Shown: positions 37,639 through 47,188 of the stretch, piece after piece
Numbering within the stretch: position 1 is the first letter of the stretch
Layout of the letters: the number at the start of each line of letters is the position of its first letter
NCBI GenBank assembly: GCA_049320885.1
Contig: JBMORA010000058.1
Location: forward strand, 1-51,622
Length of the DNA stretch: 51,622 nt
Source: Thermodesulfobacteriota bacterium
GTDB taxonomy: Bacteria; Desulfobacterota; Desulfobacteria; Desulfobacterales; SURF-7
Direction: 5' to 3'
Made by a program: the position numbers and the translations under genes
Notes under the pieces: generated by a model
Database searches by the model: none
Seen by the model: only the letters and a program-made list of their open reading frames with translations
What the model was told of the DNA's origin: nothing

Positions 37639-38458
37639 AAAAATCCTCCCGTAATTTCTGGATGGTCTTTTTCAACTGACGGTTACCGGTTTCGGCGAGG
37701 ATTCGTTCCAAGGTATGGTCCAGGGAAGCATCTCCGTACACCACCACTGCATCCGGCTCCTGTTCCAGGTTGCCCGCAAGACCGAAGCTTTGCTGGCTGT
37801 CGACCATGTGGATGTTCTTCACATACGCCACTGCCGGAACCTGCTGGACGCCGAGTTTTTGGAAGACCAGGGGATCGATCTGAATGTTGACCCGGAAGGA
37901 TGCGCAGGGGTTTCCGTCTTTCAGGCGGCAGCCGCTTTCCTTCACAAGCAGTTTTTCCAGAAAATCAAGGGTAGGGCGGGCCTGTTTCATGCCGTCCACA
38001 AATCCCCTCAGGACCATGACGAAATGGGGATCACCCAAGCGATCCAGATCCCTGGCATAGGCTCTCAGGGTCTGCTCCGGCATGGAAGAAGAGATGAACA
38101 GAAACACCTTTTCCGTTTGCAGCAGCCGGTCCGGGCATTGGTTCTCCGGGTTGTCCGTTTTTCCTGGCTCCAACGGTTCCAACAGATTTTCCGCAATGCG
38201 GTTTTTTTCCGATTCGATCTTTTCCTGGAAGGGTCGGGATTGAAACCGGTCAAAGGCTTCTCCGGCAGCGGCTTCCCCGGCCTTGTTCAGCGCTTTCGAC
38301 AGGTCGATTTCCGTTTGCATCTTTTGGGCCTGATCGAGCGCCCGGTTCACCGCCTCCAGCGATTGGTCCCCGGCGTTCATGCTGCCCGCGACCAGGACGA
38401 CCGCGCAACCGGCAGCGCCGATTACCCGTTTCCAATTTTTGGGATGGTTAGGATGCAC
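37628..38458 (-). CDS. trbC: F-type pilin assembly protein TrbC
   Basis: FLFISSSMP..TL, MVLRGFV, IQIDPLVF...QVPA, GDASL. Confidence 0.85.
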   Translation of the reverse strand: MHPNHPKNWKRVIGAAGCAVVLVAGSMNAGDQSLEAVNRALDQAQKMQTEIDLSKALNKAGEAAAGEAFDRFQSRPFQEKIESEKNRIAENLLEPLEPGKTDNPENQCPDRLLQTEKVFLFISSSMPEQTLRAYARDLDRLGDPHFVMVLRGFVDGMKQARPTLDFLEKLLVKESGCRLKDGNPCASFRVNIQIDPLVFQKLGVQQVPAVAYVKNIHMVDSQQSFGLAGNLEQEPDAVVVYGDASLDHTLERILAETGNRQLKKTIQKLREDFYEG

Positions 38459-39476
38459 AGCAGGCCCTCTTTCTGAAAATCACGAACAGAAAATTATCGC
38501 CCCCTGGAAAGAACGGCGGATTCTTGTAATGGGTCCACAGCAGGCCGGTCCGGCCGATGGGGATGCACCCGGCCGACCGCACGGGTTTGGCCAATTGCAG
38601 CCGGTAATTCCATTTCACCCAGATGGGGGTGTTCACGCCGGAACAGAGATAGATCCCCATATCCACCAGCAGTCCCTCCCTGGCGAGTTTATACAGCATG
38701 CGGGCCGCCAGGGCTGCCTGCGACTGGATATGATCCGGCTGGCCGATGATGCCGGCCAGGGGATACACCGAGCCATAGGCCCCCATGCACCAGAACAAGG
38801 GCGCCAGGGGCAGGCCCACGTTGCTGCTTGCGGCATCCACCATGCAGATGAACTGGGCAATTGGATTTGCAAACAGGAGGGCCTCCGGCTGGATGAAAAG
38901 CGCCAGTTCGTCATCGTTCCACAATGGATCGAACTCCGTCATGTAGGCAATGTCGAAGCCGCCGCTTTCCACGCAGGAAAAATCCACGAGCATTTCCATC
39001 ATGGACCAGACCGGGAAGGTCATGTAATGGGCCTGGGAAAAGGTGTTGGGCGTTTCCTGGTTGCCGCCGTTTTCCTCGTTGGCGCCGCTCAGTTCCGCCG
39101 TATTGGTGTATCCGTCGTAAACGCTCTGGCCGAGATAGGGAAAACAGAACGGGTCTTTCACGGTCTCGATGATCCGGGCCGGTTCCCAGAACGAGATGGC
39201 GATGCCGGTCCTTTTGTAGATCGGTGGCGGTGCCTGGCAGGTGCAGATGGTGGACCCGTCGGCGGCATCCGGCGGCTCGATCATGGCGCCGTCCTGGGTG
39301 CTGCCCTGGCCGTCGATGCGCATGCCGGCGATCTTGATGGGGAAAATGCATTCCCAGCAGACATCGCTCATGGGGTTCAGGGTGGGTCCGCCGCAGATGG
39401 CCCGGGCATCGGACACGGTCATCAACACCAGGCCGATGATCCAGGCCAGGTTATTTTTTGGGAACAGCGAGTCCAA
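38448..39476 (-). CDS. traU: TraU
   Basis: NPMSDVCWECIFPI, FWEP, AYMTEFDPLWNDD, FWCMG..GSVYPL, FRKRACC. Confidence 0.95.
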   Translation of the reverse strand: MDSLFPKNNLAWIIGLVLMTVSDARAICGGPTLNPMSDVCWECIFPIKIAGMRIDGQGSTQDGAMIEPPDAADGSTICTCQAPPPIYKRTGIAISFWEPARIIETVKDPFCFPYLGQSVYDGYTNTAELSGANEENGGNQETPNTFSQAHYMTFPVWSMMEMLVDFSCVESGGFDIAYMTEFDPLWNDDELALFIQPEALLFANPIAQFICMVDAASSNVGLPLAPLFWCMGAYGSVYPLAGIIGQPDHIQSQAALAARMLYKLAREGLLVDMGIYLCSGVNTPIWVKWNYRLQLAKPVRSAGCIPIGRTGLLWTHYKNPPFFPGGDNFLFVIFRKRACCAS

Positions 39477-40074
39477 TTTCCTTGACCTCCATGTTGTCCT
39501 TGTTCTGGCGGATGACGGACGGCACGGCCTGAATGTGAAAGCGTTTGATCACTTCCGGCATGGCAAAATACACATGCCGGTCGATCCGGGACCGGATGTC
39601 CCCATAGGCTCCGTCGGTGATCAGGATGCGGGTTTTACTGTCGGCGGCATGGCCCGACGTTTTCAGCCAGGTCACCTGGTCCGGGTCCTCGGCGTCGATG
39701 ATGACCAGGGTGCGGGGATAGGACACATACTCCAGGGGATTGAAGTTGTATCCGGCAGGGTAGAGAATGCCGCCCCGGCCGTCGGGGATATCGAAGTCGA
39801 GGGTATGGGTCATGTCAACGGAGAATGTCCGGTCCCGGGTGGCCCGGGGAAGTTTTGGAATCCCTGCCGGCCGGAATTGCCGGATCTTTTCCAGGTTACC
39901 GGGGGACCGGATCATGTTTTCCCAGTCAACGGCAGCGGCCCGGGCTTTGATTTCTGATAGGGCATCCTGTTCCGCAATGGGATAAACCCGGCCGATCACT
40001 CCCAGGCTTCGAATACCGGCTGTTGCGCTGGAAGCAACAAAAACAATCAGGAATAGGACAATCGCCGGTTTCAT
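39451..40074 (-). CDS. traW: TraW-like pilus assembly protein
   Basis: Signal peptide, GRVYPIAEQD, G.ILYPAG..FNPL, IDAEDPDQV.W, VPS; TGATG coupling with traN. Confidence 0.85.
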   Translation of the reverse strand: MKPAIVLFLIVFVASSATAGIRSLGVIGRVYPIAEQDALSEIKARAAAVDWENMIRSPGNLEKIRQFRPAGIPKLPRATRDRTFSVDMTHTLDFDIPDGRGGILYPAGYNFNPLEYVSYPRTLVIIDAEDPDQVTWLKTSGHAADSKTRILITDGAYGDIRSRIDRHVYFAMPEVIKRFHIQAVPSVIRQNKDNMEVKEIGLAVPKK

Positions 40075-41204
40075 CAGTTGCCATGATCCCTGTAAAAGTC
40101 GGTGACACCCTGTCGCAGGTTGTTCTCGATCTGGCGTTGGGGTTTGGTGCGGATGTGGCCGTGCCATTCGGAAAGATCGATCAGGGAAAAATCGAGCACC
40201 TGGAATTCTTCCGGTGTAAAGCCCCGGCAGTTCGGACTGGAAGGATCTCCCCAGCCGCTCAAGGTGGACAGTTGTCTCCGGCCCTGTTCCTGGACGATCC
40301 TGGCCAGCTTGGAATTGAAGCAGCAGTAGGACTTGGACTCTTCCACACACACATCACCCAGCAGCAGATGGAGTTCCTGGGAACAGTATTGCCCGACGTA
40401 ATGACACAGGCCCTCGCCCTTCAGACCGGCAAGTTCTTTTTCACTGTCGTTGCACTCCAAAAGGCCCCACAGGTATTCCTTGCTCTTGCAGCAATCATCA
40501 AACGAGATGGACGCGCCCCAGGTACGGCAGCGGCGATCCCGGCCTGAAAAGATATAGATTTTTCCCAGGCATCTGTTTTCACTGTCCCTGGAACCATTGT
40601 CCGTCAAATCGCCTTCCCCCTCGCTCGTTCCTGGATGCGTGATATGCTCGCTGGGATCGAGACAGGTCTGGGCGCTGCAATAGTTGGTTCCGGACATTTC
40701 TTGGCAAAAATAGGCGTCTCCATATGGACAGGTTGAATACCGGCAGGTATCGGTTGCCCCGTCATAGACGCCGGATGCACACGCCGGATCAGCCCGGCAG
40801 ATGACGCTTTGAATCGTCATGCCCGAAGGGCAATGGGATTCGCATTCCGAACCTGGGGCACAGCCGGAACGGCAGGTCTCTTCCGAAGAATACAAGCTCC
40901 CGCTTGATGAGCAGCGGTACTGGATGGGATATTCGCACTGGTCCGATGCGCTGTTCAGGGAGCTTGGACCGGGACAATTCGCCGCTGTCTCCCGATTCAC
41001 GCAGGGGATATGATCCAACAGACAGAGATGCCCCTCGGGGGTTGTCACGCATTCGCCGAATTCTCCGGAATCGAGCAGGCCGTTCCCGTTGAAATCCTTG
41101 AAACAGCCGGTTGCCGGAATCAGGCCGTCAGCTGCAACAGTTGTTCCGAAGACGAAGCAACCAAGCACGCCACATACGAAAAATCGTACAATTTTTTTAA
41201 TCAT
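40074..41204 (-). CDS. traN: TraN C-terminal conserved domain protein
   Basis: IYIFSG..C, CHYVGQYCS, YCCFNSKLARIVQEQGRRQL, WG...PNCRGFTPEEFQ.LDFS.IDLSE. Confidence 0.9.
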   Translation of the reverse strand: MIKKIVRFFVCGVLGCFVFGTTVAADGLIPATGCFKDFNGNGLLDSGEFGECVTTPEGHLCLLDHIPCVNRETAANCPGPSSLNSASDQCEYPIQYRCSSSGSLYSSEETCRSGCAPGSECESHCPSGMTIQSVICRADPACASGVYDGATDTCRYSTCPYGDAYFCQEMSGTNYCSAQTCLDPSEHITHPGTSEGEGDLTDNGSRDSENRCLGKIYIFSGRDRRCRTWGASISFDDCCKSKEYLWGLLECNDSEKELAGLKGEGLCHYVGQYCSQELHLLLGDVCVEESKSYCCFNSKLARIVQEQGRRQLSTLSGWGDPSSPNCRGFTPEEFQVLDFSLIDLSEWHGHIRTKPQRQIENNLRQGVTDFYRDHGN

Positions 41205-41467
41205 TTATTCGACCCACTATTGATAGGTTGGATCAGGGCTCAATCAAATCCAAATCAAAACGGTCTGACTCAATAATGCAGGGCTGGTAAAATTGCTGTT
41301 TTAGAGGCGATCTGGAAATAAAATTCGATTTCAAAAAGAGCTTACTAACTATCTCACTATGTGCTATATTTTGGTCACGGAAGGAGAGAGTTTCAGGGGC
41401 GGTGGACCGGATGTGCAACAGCTTCAAAAGCTTTTAGCTGCGGGCTCGATAGGGGAATCATGGGGTT

Positions 41468-41857
41468 CTAATAAAAAACAAAAGACAGGCCTTTGTTCTT
41501 TATAGCTGAAAAATGATTGCGGTCCGTGGTATGGATTTCGTTGCACCCGGCCAGCATGAACGTGGCCAATATCATCGCATCGACATAGGGAACCATCCTG
41601 CCGGCTTTCAAAGAAGCCGCCTTTTCCACGATGAGCCGGTTCACCTCGACCACCCGAGCAGAAACGGCGATGTTATCCACCATTTCTTTGCCGATATCCG
41701 GTTGTCCGGTCCGAAAGGAAATATACAGCAATTCTCCCAGGGTCAACACTGAAACCACCGGTGCGTGTTCCCTTGCCGCTAACGTTTGCCAGAAATCGAT
41801 TGTCCGCTGATCGCCTTTCATCAGTCCCACGAAGAAACCGGTATCCAGACCTACCAT
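41468..41857 (-). CDS. vapC: PIN-domain toxin (VapC-like)
   Basis: MVGLDTGF, SVLTLGEL, YVDAMILAT, TTDRNHF. Confidence 0.85.
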   Translation of the reverse strand: MVGLDTGFFVGLMKGDQRTIDFWQTLAAREHAPVVSVLTLGELLYISFRTGQPDIGKEMVDNIAVSARVVEVNRLIVEKAASLKAGRMVPYVDAMILATFMLAGCNEIHTTDRNHFSAIKNKGLSFVFY

Positions 41858-42084
41858 CGGTCGACCTCCCGATCGCGCTTCCATTCCGCTATGGCTTCGG
41901 CAAATTTCGCGGTTTTACCCAAGGACTGTGCATTTTCAAAAACTTTGGCAAAAGCCGCGGATCGGTTCTCCGGAAAGAAATATTTTTTCAGCGCAGTTTG
42001 GACGACTTGACTAACGGGCTGCCCTGAAGCCTCCACCATTTGGAGCAGGTCGTCATTCAAATAGATGCTGATATTTTTGCCCAT
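41851..42084 (-). CDS. vapB: RHH-type antitoxin (VapB-like)
   Basis: KNISIYL...SQVVQTAL; overlaps the PIN gene start. Confidence 0.75.
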   Translation of the reverse strand: MGKNISIYLNDDLLQMVEASGQPVSQVVQTALKKYFFPENRSAAFAKVFENAQSLGKTAKFAEAIAEWKRDREVDRW

Positions 42085-42202
42085 GCCGTCACCTCGTAAG
42101 TCATTATAAAATTCGGTGGCATCATCAAACCAGTGATACAGTGTCGAATATAATATAATATAATATAATATTTTAGTCAACCGTGATAGGAGGTACAGAG
42201 CC

Positions 42203-42256
42203 ATGAGTGAGATCTTGGATATTGCCCATGAAATGGCGCCGGATGTCGCTCCCTGA
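42203..42256 (+). pseudogene. Truncated start of a YiaG/HigA-like antitoxin
   Basis: AGGAGG RBS then MSEILDIAHEMA..., stopping after 17 codons. Confidence 0.4.
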
Positions 42257-42273
42257 CCACCGGCAACCCCGTA

Positions 42274-43137
42274 TCATCCATATACCTGTAAAAAACGATC
42301 GATCGTTTTCGGGGCGGAACCTTCGTAGTGGTTGTTGACGTTCAGATAGACATGGGCGCCGCCTTGGATCATTTCTCTAATCATGGACGAGATCCCGGAC
42401 AATTCCGTATCCTTCGGCGCAATGATCTGGTTCCATTTTCCACTGCTATCCGCCTCGATTTTATCCCGGTCCGGGCCATGCAACCGGATCACGATGGTTT
42501 CAAACCGGTCAAAACCGTCACGATGCTTGCGATATACGGAAACGATGTCCGGCATCCAGTACCCCTGGATGAGGACGGGAGACAGTCCGGTCGCGGCCAA
42601 AAAATCAACGTATCCCCGGTTCAGATAATTCGCATTGCGAAGCTCCAGGGCATAGGAGAATCCTGTTGGAAGCCCGTGGATGAAGTCCGCGAATCGCTCC
42701 TGGAACGCCTGCTGGGATTTCATTTTCTGTTTGTTCAAGTATTCGAATTGGAAAAGTATCGGCCCCAGGTTTGAATGCATTGGTTCAAGGGTTTTCAGGA
42801 AATCCTGAAACAGGGAGACGGACAGGAAATGGGGGTTTTCTTCCAGCGGTTCGGTTTTTGTTTTCTGGTAATAATGGGTCAGGGTGATGCTGTTGGGTGC
42901 CTTTACGGTGAATCGAAACGGTTCCGGAACCGCGTCCCGGTAGCCCTGGACATCACGTGGACTCGGCAGCTTGACCTTCCCTCCCTTGAAAAGCGACCAG
43001 AACCACTGGTCGACCTCGACCGTGTTGTACTTCCTGCTGTACTCGGCGAGGAAATCGATATCCTTCGAGGAAGAATAAACGAGGCCTTCCCAGGATGAAT
43101 ATTTCCAGCTGCATGTGCCGATTCGGAGTTCCGCCAT
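42274..43137 (-). CDS. DUF72 (YecE-like) TIM-barrel protein
   Basis: RIGTCSWKY..W, YNTVEVD, FRFTVKAP..ITL, LGPILFQF, ALELRN, IRLHG, NNHYEGSAP. Confidence 0.9.
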   Translation of the reverse strand: MAELRIGTCSWKYSSWEGLVYSSSKDIDFLAEYSRKYNTVEVDQWFWSLFKGGKVKLPSPRDVQGYRDAVPEPFRFTVKAPNSITLTHYYQKTKTEPLEENPHFLSVSLFQDFLKTLEPMHSNLGPILFQFEYLNKQKMKSQQAFQERFADFIHGLPTGFSYALELRNANYLNRGYVDFLAATGLSPVLIQGYWMPDIVSVYRKHRDGFDRFETIVIRLHGPDRDKIEADSSGKWNQIIAPKDTELSGISSMIREMIQGGAHVYLNVNNHYEGSAPKTIDRFLQVYG

Positions 43138-43342
43138 GAAGCCTCGCTGCATAAACAGACAGGTTATTTTCCAATCGCGACAACAGCGCGAGCCACCAGT
43201 GTCCCACGCTGATCAATTTCATAATCGCGATCCGATGGCAAGTCAACCCGGTGGCGTTCACTTTCGCGGTATGGCTCTTTTTCAAAATATGCTATTCCAT
43301 CCGATCAGAATGCGTTGCATCCCATTATCCGGAGTCGTTACC

Positions 43343-43789
43343 ATGGCATCCCTCCATTCAAAAGGCACTTATATTCTCATCCTGCAACTGGAAAGCGATC
43401 AACGAATCCGAATCGGCCGGCTGGGCCGGTTCGAATTTCAAAAGGGCTGGTATGCGTATGTCGGCAGCGCCTTCGGCCCGGGCGGCCTGACGGCCAGAAT
43501 CGGTCATCATCTGAAAAAAGCGGTAAAACCCCATTGGCACATCGATTATCTGCGCAAATCAACCGAAATCCGCGAAGTCTGGATTTGCGAACAGGAGCGA
43601 TGGGAGCATACCGCTGCCGGCTTGTTGTTGCAGCTGGAAGGAGCCTCTGTTCCGGCGCCGGGATTCGGCAGTTCCGATTGCAGGTGTGAAAGCCACCTTG
43701 TGCATTTCCGGGAATATCCCGACTTGGGCGAAATGCTACCCCGCATTACGGAACTCAAGTTCCGGCCGTCACAGCAGTTTATTGCTTAA
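43343..43789 (+). CDS. DUF123 / GIY-YIG (Uri) family nuclease
   Basis: KGTYIL, IGRLG, YAYVGSAFGPGG, HWHIDYL, GFGSSDCRCESHL. Confidence 0.85.
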   Translation: MASLHSKGTYILILQLESDQRIRIGRLGRFEFQKGWYAYVGSAFGPGGLTARIGHHLKKAVKPHWHIDYLRKSTEIREVWICEQERWEHTAAGLLLQLEGASVPAPGFGSSDCRCESHLVHFREYPDLGEMLPRITELKFRPSQQFIA

Positions 43790-43887
43790 AAATTGAGAGA
43801 GGGAAAAATAATCGTCAACCACCGGGAAAACAGCGACAAAAGGATTACCTGTAGATCATCATGCGCACAATGTTACAGTATCATTTT

Positions 43888-44169
43888 TTACAGCAGCTCA
43901 AGTTTCAGTTTTCGCCCCAGAACAGCCGCCGCTTTTTTCATGGTCAGCAGGGTGATTGATTCATTTTTTGGATCAAGCAACCGTTCCAAAGACGTTCGGC
44001 TAGTTTTCATTTTCTTGGCCATCATTGTCTTGGTCATCTTCTTTTTTTCCATTTCCTGCCTCAACTGCCATGCAAGAACTTTTTTTATCGCCGACTCAGT
44101 ACAATCTTCAAGCAAACCTTCTTCTTCAAGGAATTCATCGAAGTCACTACCAATATGCTTATTTCCCAT
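43888..44169 (-). CDS. XRE-type HTH antitoxin (orphan)
   Basis: KHIGSDFDEFLEEEG, AIKKVLAWQL, MAKKMKTSR...RLLDP.N.SITL.T. Confidence 0.85.
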   Translation of the reverse strand: MGNKHIGSDFDEFLEEEGLLEDCTESAIKKVLAWQLRQEMEKKKMTKTMMAKKMKTSRTSLERLLDPKNESITLLTMKKAAAVLGRKLKLELL

Positions 44170-44251
44170 CATACACCTCTTAGCTGCTTACTTCTTTGTC
44201 TTTATCTTTTGTATCTATTTTGGTACATTTGTCAACCCATGAAAACCTTTT

Positions 44252-45613
44252 TCATGCCCCTGATCTACAGATGGCCACATGATGGATGGATTGGAGAACA
44301 GCCGCACACTGTTTCCGTTTCTCGATTTCGGCGGAAGGGATATGGCTGAAAGCCGTCATTTTCAGTGGAAGGTAGAATCCGGGATTCAGCCGGGTGCCGT
44401 CCTGGCGGATGATCTGAAACTTTCGGCCGATAAATCTTTCGCCGATCAATTTCTCCGGTATGTATTCATTCAAGGTCTGCCGGAGGGCGAACTCCAGACT
44501 GGACATCTTTTCTTCATTGGCCATAAAGGCCATGATTTCCATCCGGCCGGTTTGTATCGCCTGGTCGCAGGCGTATTGGGCAATCAAACGGGGGAACACA
44601 TACACCATGCCGGCATGGGAAAACGCCTCATATCGGCCGTTTTCCACAATGTTGATTTTGTCGCTGAGGCGTTGCAACAGGCACGGGATATCAAGCCATG
44701 AAAGGTCCGCTGGATCATATGAAGGCTTCCGCGATTCAAGAGTTTTCACCTCCTGAGGCTGATTCCGATGCCGGGTTTCCGGCAGGGCCATGGTTGACGC
44801 AAAACCATATGTTTTCAGCTCCAGCTGCCGGGCTTGGTGGTCCGCGGCTTTCAAATCGGCCAGCAAACTCCCGGTAGATGCGGACGGGAAATGATGATCC
44901 CGGACGGCCATCAGAATCTCCTCCCGGGAGGGATAATCGGCCGGCATCATCTCGTTCAGGATTGCGTGAGAAATCAGGAAATGATCCTTATGAAAGCGGT
45001 CCCGGGCTTTTGAAGGGATCTTGCCGATATCGTGCCCCAGGGCAACCAGCAGAAGCCGCCCCATCTCCATTTGAACATCCTTGCGCTCCTTTTTCCTCTT
45101 TTCGATCAAAATGGATGCCACATTCAGGGTATGTTCCAGCAAGGATACGTTTCGACTCAGAATATCATAGGCGTCGGGCTGGTTGACCTGCCATTCAGCT
45201 GATTCCACATCTTTGGGGGCGTTTCCTGTTTTGGGGTCATCATACCGCCGGGCAATGGAGGAGCAGTCACCCTCCCGGTCCAGCAGTACGAGCAGTTGTT
45301 TGACGGAATCCAGAATATTGATCCGGCGCAGAATCCCCTCAAACGGGTGGACATGATCGGTGATGAATGTTTCGATTTCCGGATGCTTCCATTCCAGAGA
45401 CTCCGGACGGCTTTTCATTGTTTGGGAACTTCCATCCGGCCGGTCCTTGTCCAGGTCGTAAATGAAGCTGTCCATGTTGGAGAGGGCCTGTTTTTCGTTG
45501 TGGGACCGTTTGCCCCAATACCGGAAAAGGAATACAAGCAGGACGGTTGCGCCGCAACAAATGGCAAGGGTGTCCCAAAAGGAACCAGTAAATGGGAGAT
45601 AACACTCTGACAT
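44252..45613 (-). CDS. HD-domain protein, MOBH/TraI_2-like relaxase candidate with N-terminal TM helix
   Basis: SLLEHTLNVA, ALGHDIGK, DHFLIS, RDHH, LKAAD; directly downstream of traD. Confidence 0.6.
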   Translation of the reverse strand: MSECYLPFTGSFWDTLAICCGATVLLVFLFRYWGKRSHNEKQALSNMDSFIYDLDKDRPDGSSQTMKSRPESLEWKHPEIETFITDHVHPFEGILRRINILDSVKQLLVLLDREGDCSSIARRYDDPKTGNAPKDVESAEWQVNQPDAYDILSRNVSLLEHTLNVASILIEKRKKERKDVQMEMGRLLLVALGHDIGKIPSKARDRFHKDHFLISHAILNEMMPADYPSREEILMAVRDHHFPSASTGSLLADLKAADHQARQLELKTYGFASTMALPETRHRNQPQEVKTLESRKPSYDPADLSWLDIPCLLQRLSDKINIVENGRYEAFSHAGMVYVFPRLIAQYACDQAIQTGRMEIMAFMANEEKMSSLEFALRQTLNEYIPEKLIGERFIGRKFQIIRQDGTRLNPGFYLPLKMTAFSHIPSAEIEKRKQCAAVLQSIHHVAICRSGA

Positions 45614-45653
45614 TCAAAAGTTATTAATTTTTAAAGGTTTCTTCCTGGTTTTA

Positions 45654-45688
45654 TTCTGTCTCCTGTCTTCTGACTCCTGTCTCCTGAA
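45654..45688 (+). repeat. Five tandem 7-mers TYCTGWC
   Basis: TTCTGTC TCCTGTC TTCTGAC TCCTGTC TCCTGAA. Confidence 0.85.
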
Positions 45689-45703
45689 TAGTTACTATAT
45701 TTT

Positions 45704-45730
45704 CATCCCGTCAATCCCGTTAATCCCGTC
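45704..45730 (-). repeat. Solo 3x9-bp arm abutting the traD stop codon
   Basis: CATCCCGTC AATCCCGTT AATCCCGTC. Confidence 0.85.
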
Positions 45731-47067
45731 TACATATTGATTGGTATTTCCGGATAGACCACCTCCAACACCGGCGGGTCCACCCTGGATGTTTTTCCCC
45801 GAAAGGCCCCGGAGAGGCTGAACATGAAAAAATCCCGCAGACCGAGGTTCATGGCGTCCTCGGGCAATACGGCCTGTTCCTCGGTTTCCCGGATCATGAT
45901 GCCGCCGCCGAGCTGGAGAATCGGGCTGAACTTTTTGACCAGACCGGAATAATCCGAGATGTATTGAGCGGTCTGGGGATCGTTCACCCGCATGAAAATT
46001 TTCGTATTGGTGTTGTCCAGGATTTTCCTCGCATGATCTTCGCCGATTTCGGCGTTCAGGTCGGCGATGGATTGGGTAAAGGCATGAATCCAGATCCCGG
46101 CGCCGCCGGCCTTGTTGAACAAATCGGCAATATCGAAATAGGCGATGTTGGAAAACTCATCAAGATACAGGGCCAGGGGCGGGTTCACGGTCCGGCCCGA
46201 GGCGAACCGCCGGCCCACGAAACTTTGCAGCATGGAGATCATCACCCGGGCCACGATATGGCTTGTCCGCCGGGTCAGGAGACTCCCGGTCTGGATGACC
46301 AGGATCACCTTTTTCCCTTCTTCGAGCTGCTTCATGAACCGGTTGGAGCTGGCCTTGCCGATGATCTGGCCCACGCTGCCGGTGGAAAGGGAGGTGAGCA
46401 CGGTTCTGAGGGAGGACGAAATCTTGGCAAAATAATCCGCCGGCGACTCCAGCAATTGGGAAAGGGCCGCCCGGACTTCCTCGGCTTCGCTGCCGGTGAC
46501 ATCGCTCAGACTTTCCTTGAGCTTTTCAAGGCCGGAATAGGAGCAGCGTTTCTTGATCTCGTCGAAATTGATGTGAGCCGCGTTCATCCGGCCCATTTTC
46601 TGGAAGATGATCAGGGACAGCACGATGACCAGGGTGGTTTCATAGGCCACGTTGACGAAAAATTCCTCCTTGGCCTTGATGCCGGAAACCACATGGGAAA
46701 CGATCTCCTCGGGCATATAGTAGTAGGCCAATGGATCGATTTTGGCGGAGCTTTCGGGATAGATGGGGGATATCAGGCACAGTTCCTTTTCCCGGCCACA
46801 GGCGAAGGCGGTTTGCACGATCTTGGAGAACAGGGCAATGTCCCCCTTGGGGTCCACCATGACGACGCTGTAGCCTTTTTCGATGTCCTGGCAGATCATG
46901 GATTCCACCAGCTTGGTCTTGCCGATGCGGGTGGTGCCGAAACAGAACAGATGGCCCTTGCGATCCGCATCCGGCAGCCGGATATCCCGGATGTGGTTTT
47001 TACGATCGCTGAGCGCGAGGCCTTTGCCGATGAGGGTTTGGGCTTTTCGTTTTTTAAAAAAAATCAT
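45730..47067 (-). CDS. traD: Type IV coupling protein TraD (no N-terminal TM)
   Basis: HLFCFGTTRIGKT, VDPKGD, LYLDEF, FTQSIAD, ILDNTNTKIFMRV. Confidence 0.9.
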   Translation of the reverse strand: MIFFKKRKAQTLIGKGLALSDRKNHIRDIRLPDADRKGHLFCFGTTRIGKTKLVESMICQDIEKGYSVVMVDPKGDIALFSKIVQTAFACGREKELCLISPIYPESSAKIDPLAYYYMPEEIVSHVVSGIKAKEEFFVNVAYETTLVIVLSLIIFQKMGRMNAAHINFDEIKKRCSYSGLEKLKESLSDVTGSEAEEVRAALSQLLESPADYFAKISSSLRTVLTSLSTGSVGQIIGKASSNRFMKQLEEGKKVILVIQTGSLLTRRTSHIVARVMISMLQSFVGRRFASGRTVNPPLALYLDEFSNIAYFDIADLFNKAGGAGIWIHAFTQSIADLNAEIGEDHARKILDNTNTKIFMRVNDPQTAQYISDYSGLVKKFSPILQLGGGIMIRETEEQAVLPEDAMNLGLRDFFMFSLSGAFRGKTSRVDPPVLEVVYPEIPINM

Positions 47068-47082
47068 AAACAAATCTCTTTA

Positions 47083-47182
47083 GACGGGATTTACAGGATC
47101 GACGGGATAGTAACTGCATTCTGCGCTCATAAGCGCAGAAAAAATCCGTTGCGGTTATCCTGTCAATCCTGTTGATCCTGTC
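47083..47182. repeat. 3x9-bp inverted-repeat element with internal TTCTGCGCT-CATA-AGCGCAGAA hairpin
   Basis: Arms 47083-47109 and 47156-47182. Confidence 0.9.
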
Positions 47183-47188
47183 AAAAAC

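Noticed and set aside
40075..40350. N-terminal extension of traW in the ORF track
   Set aside because: It overlaps traN; the signal peptide and TGATG coupling place the start at 40074.
41443..41451. Third GGCTCGATA copy as another attI-like site
   Set aside because: Only 9 bp, with no palindrome, core site or attC nearby.
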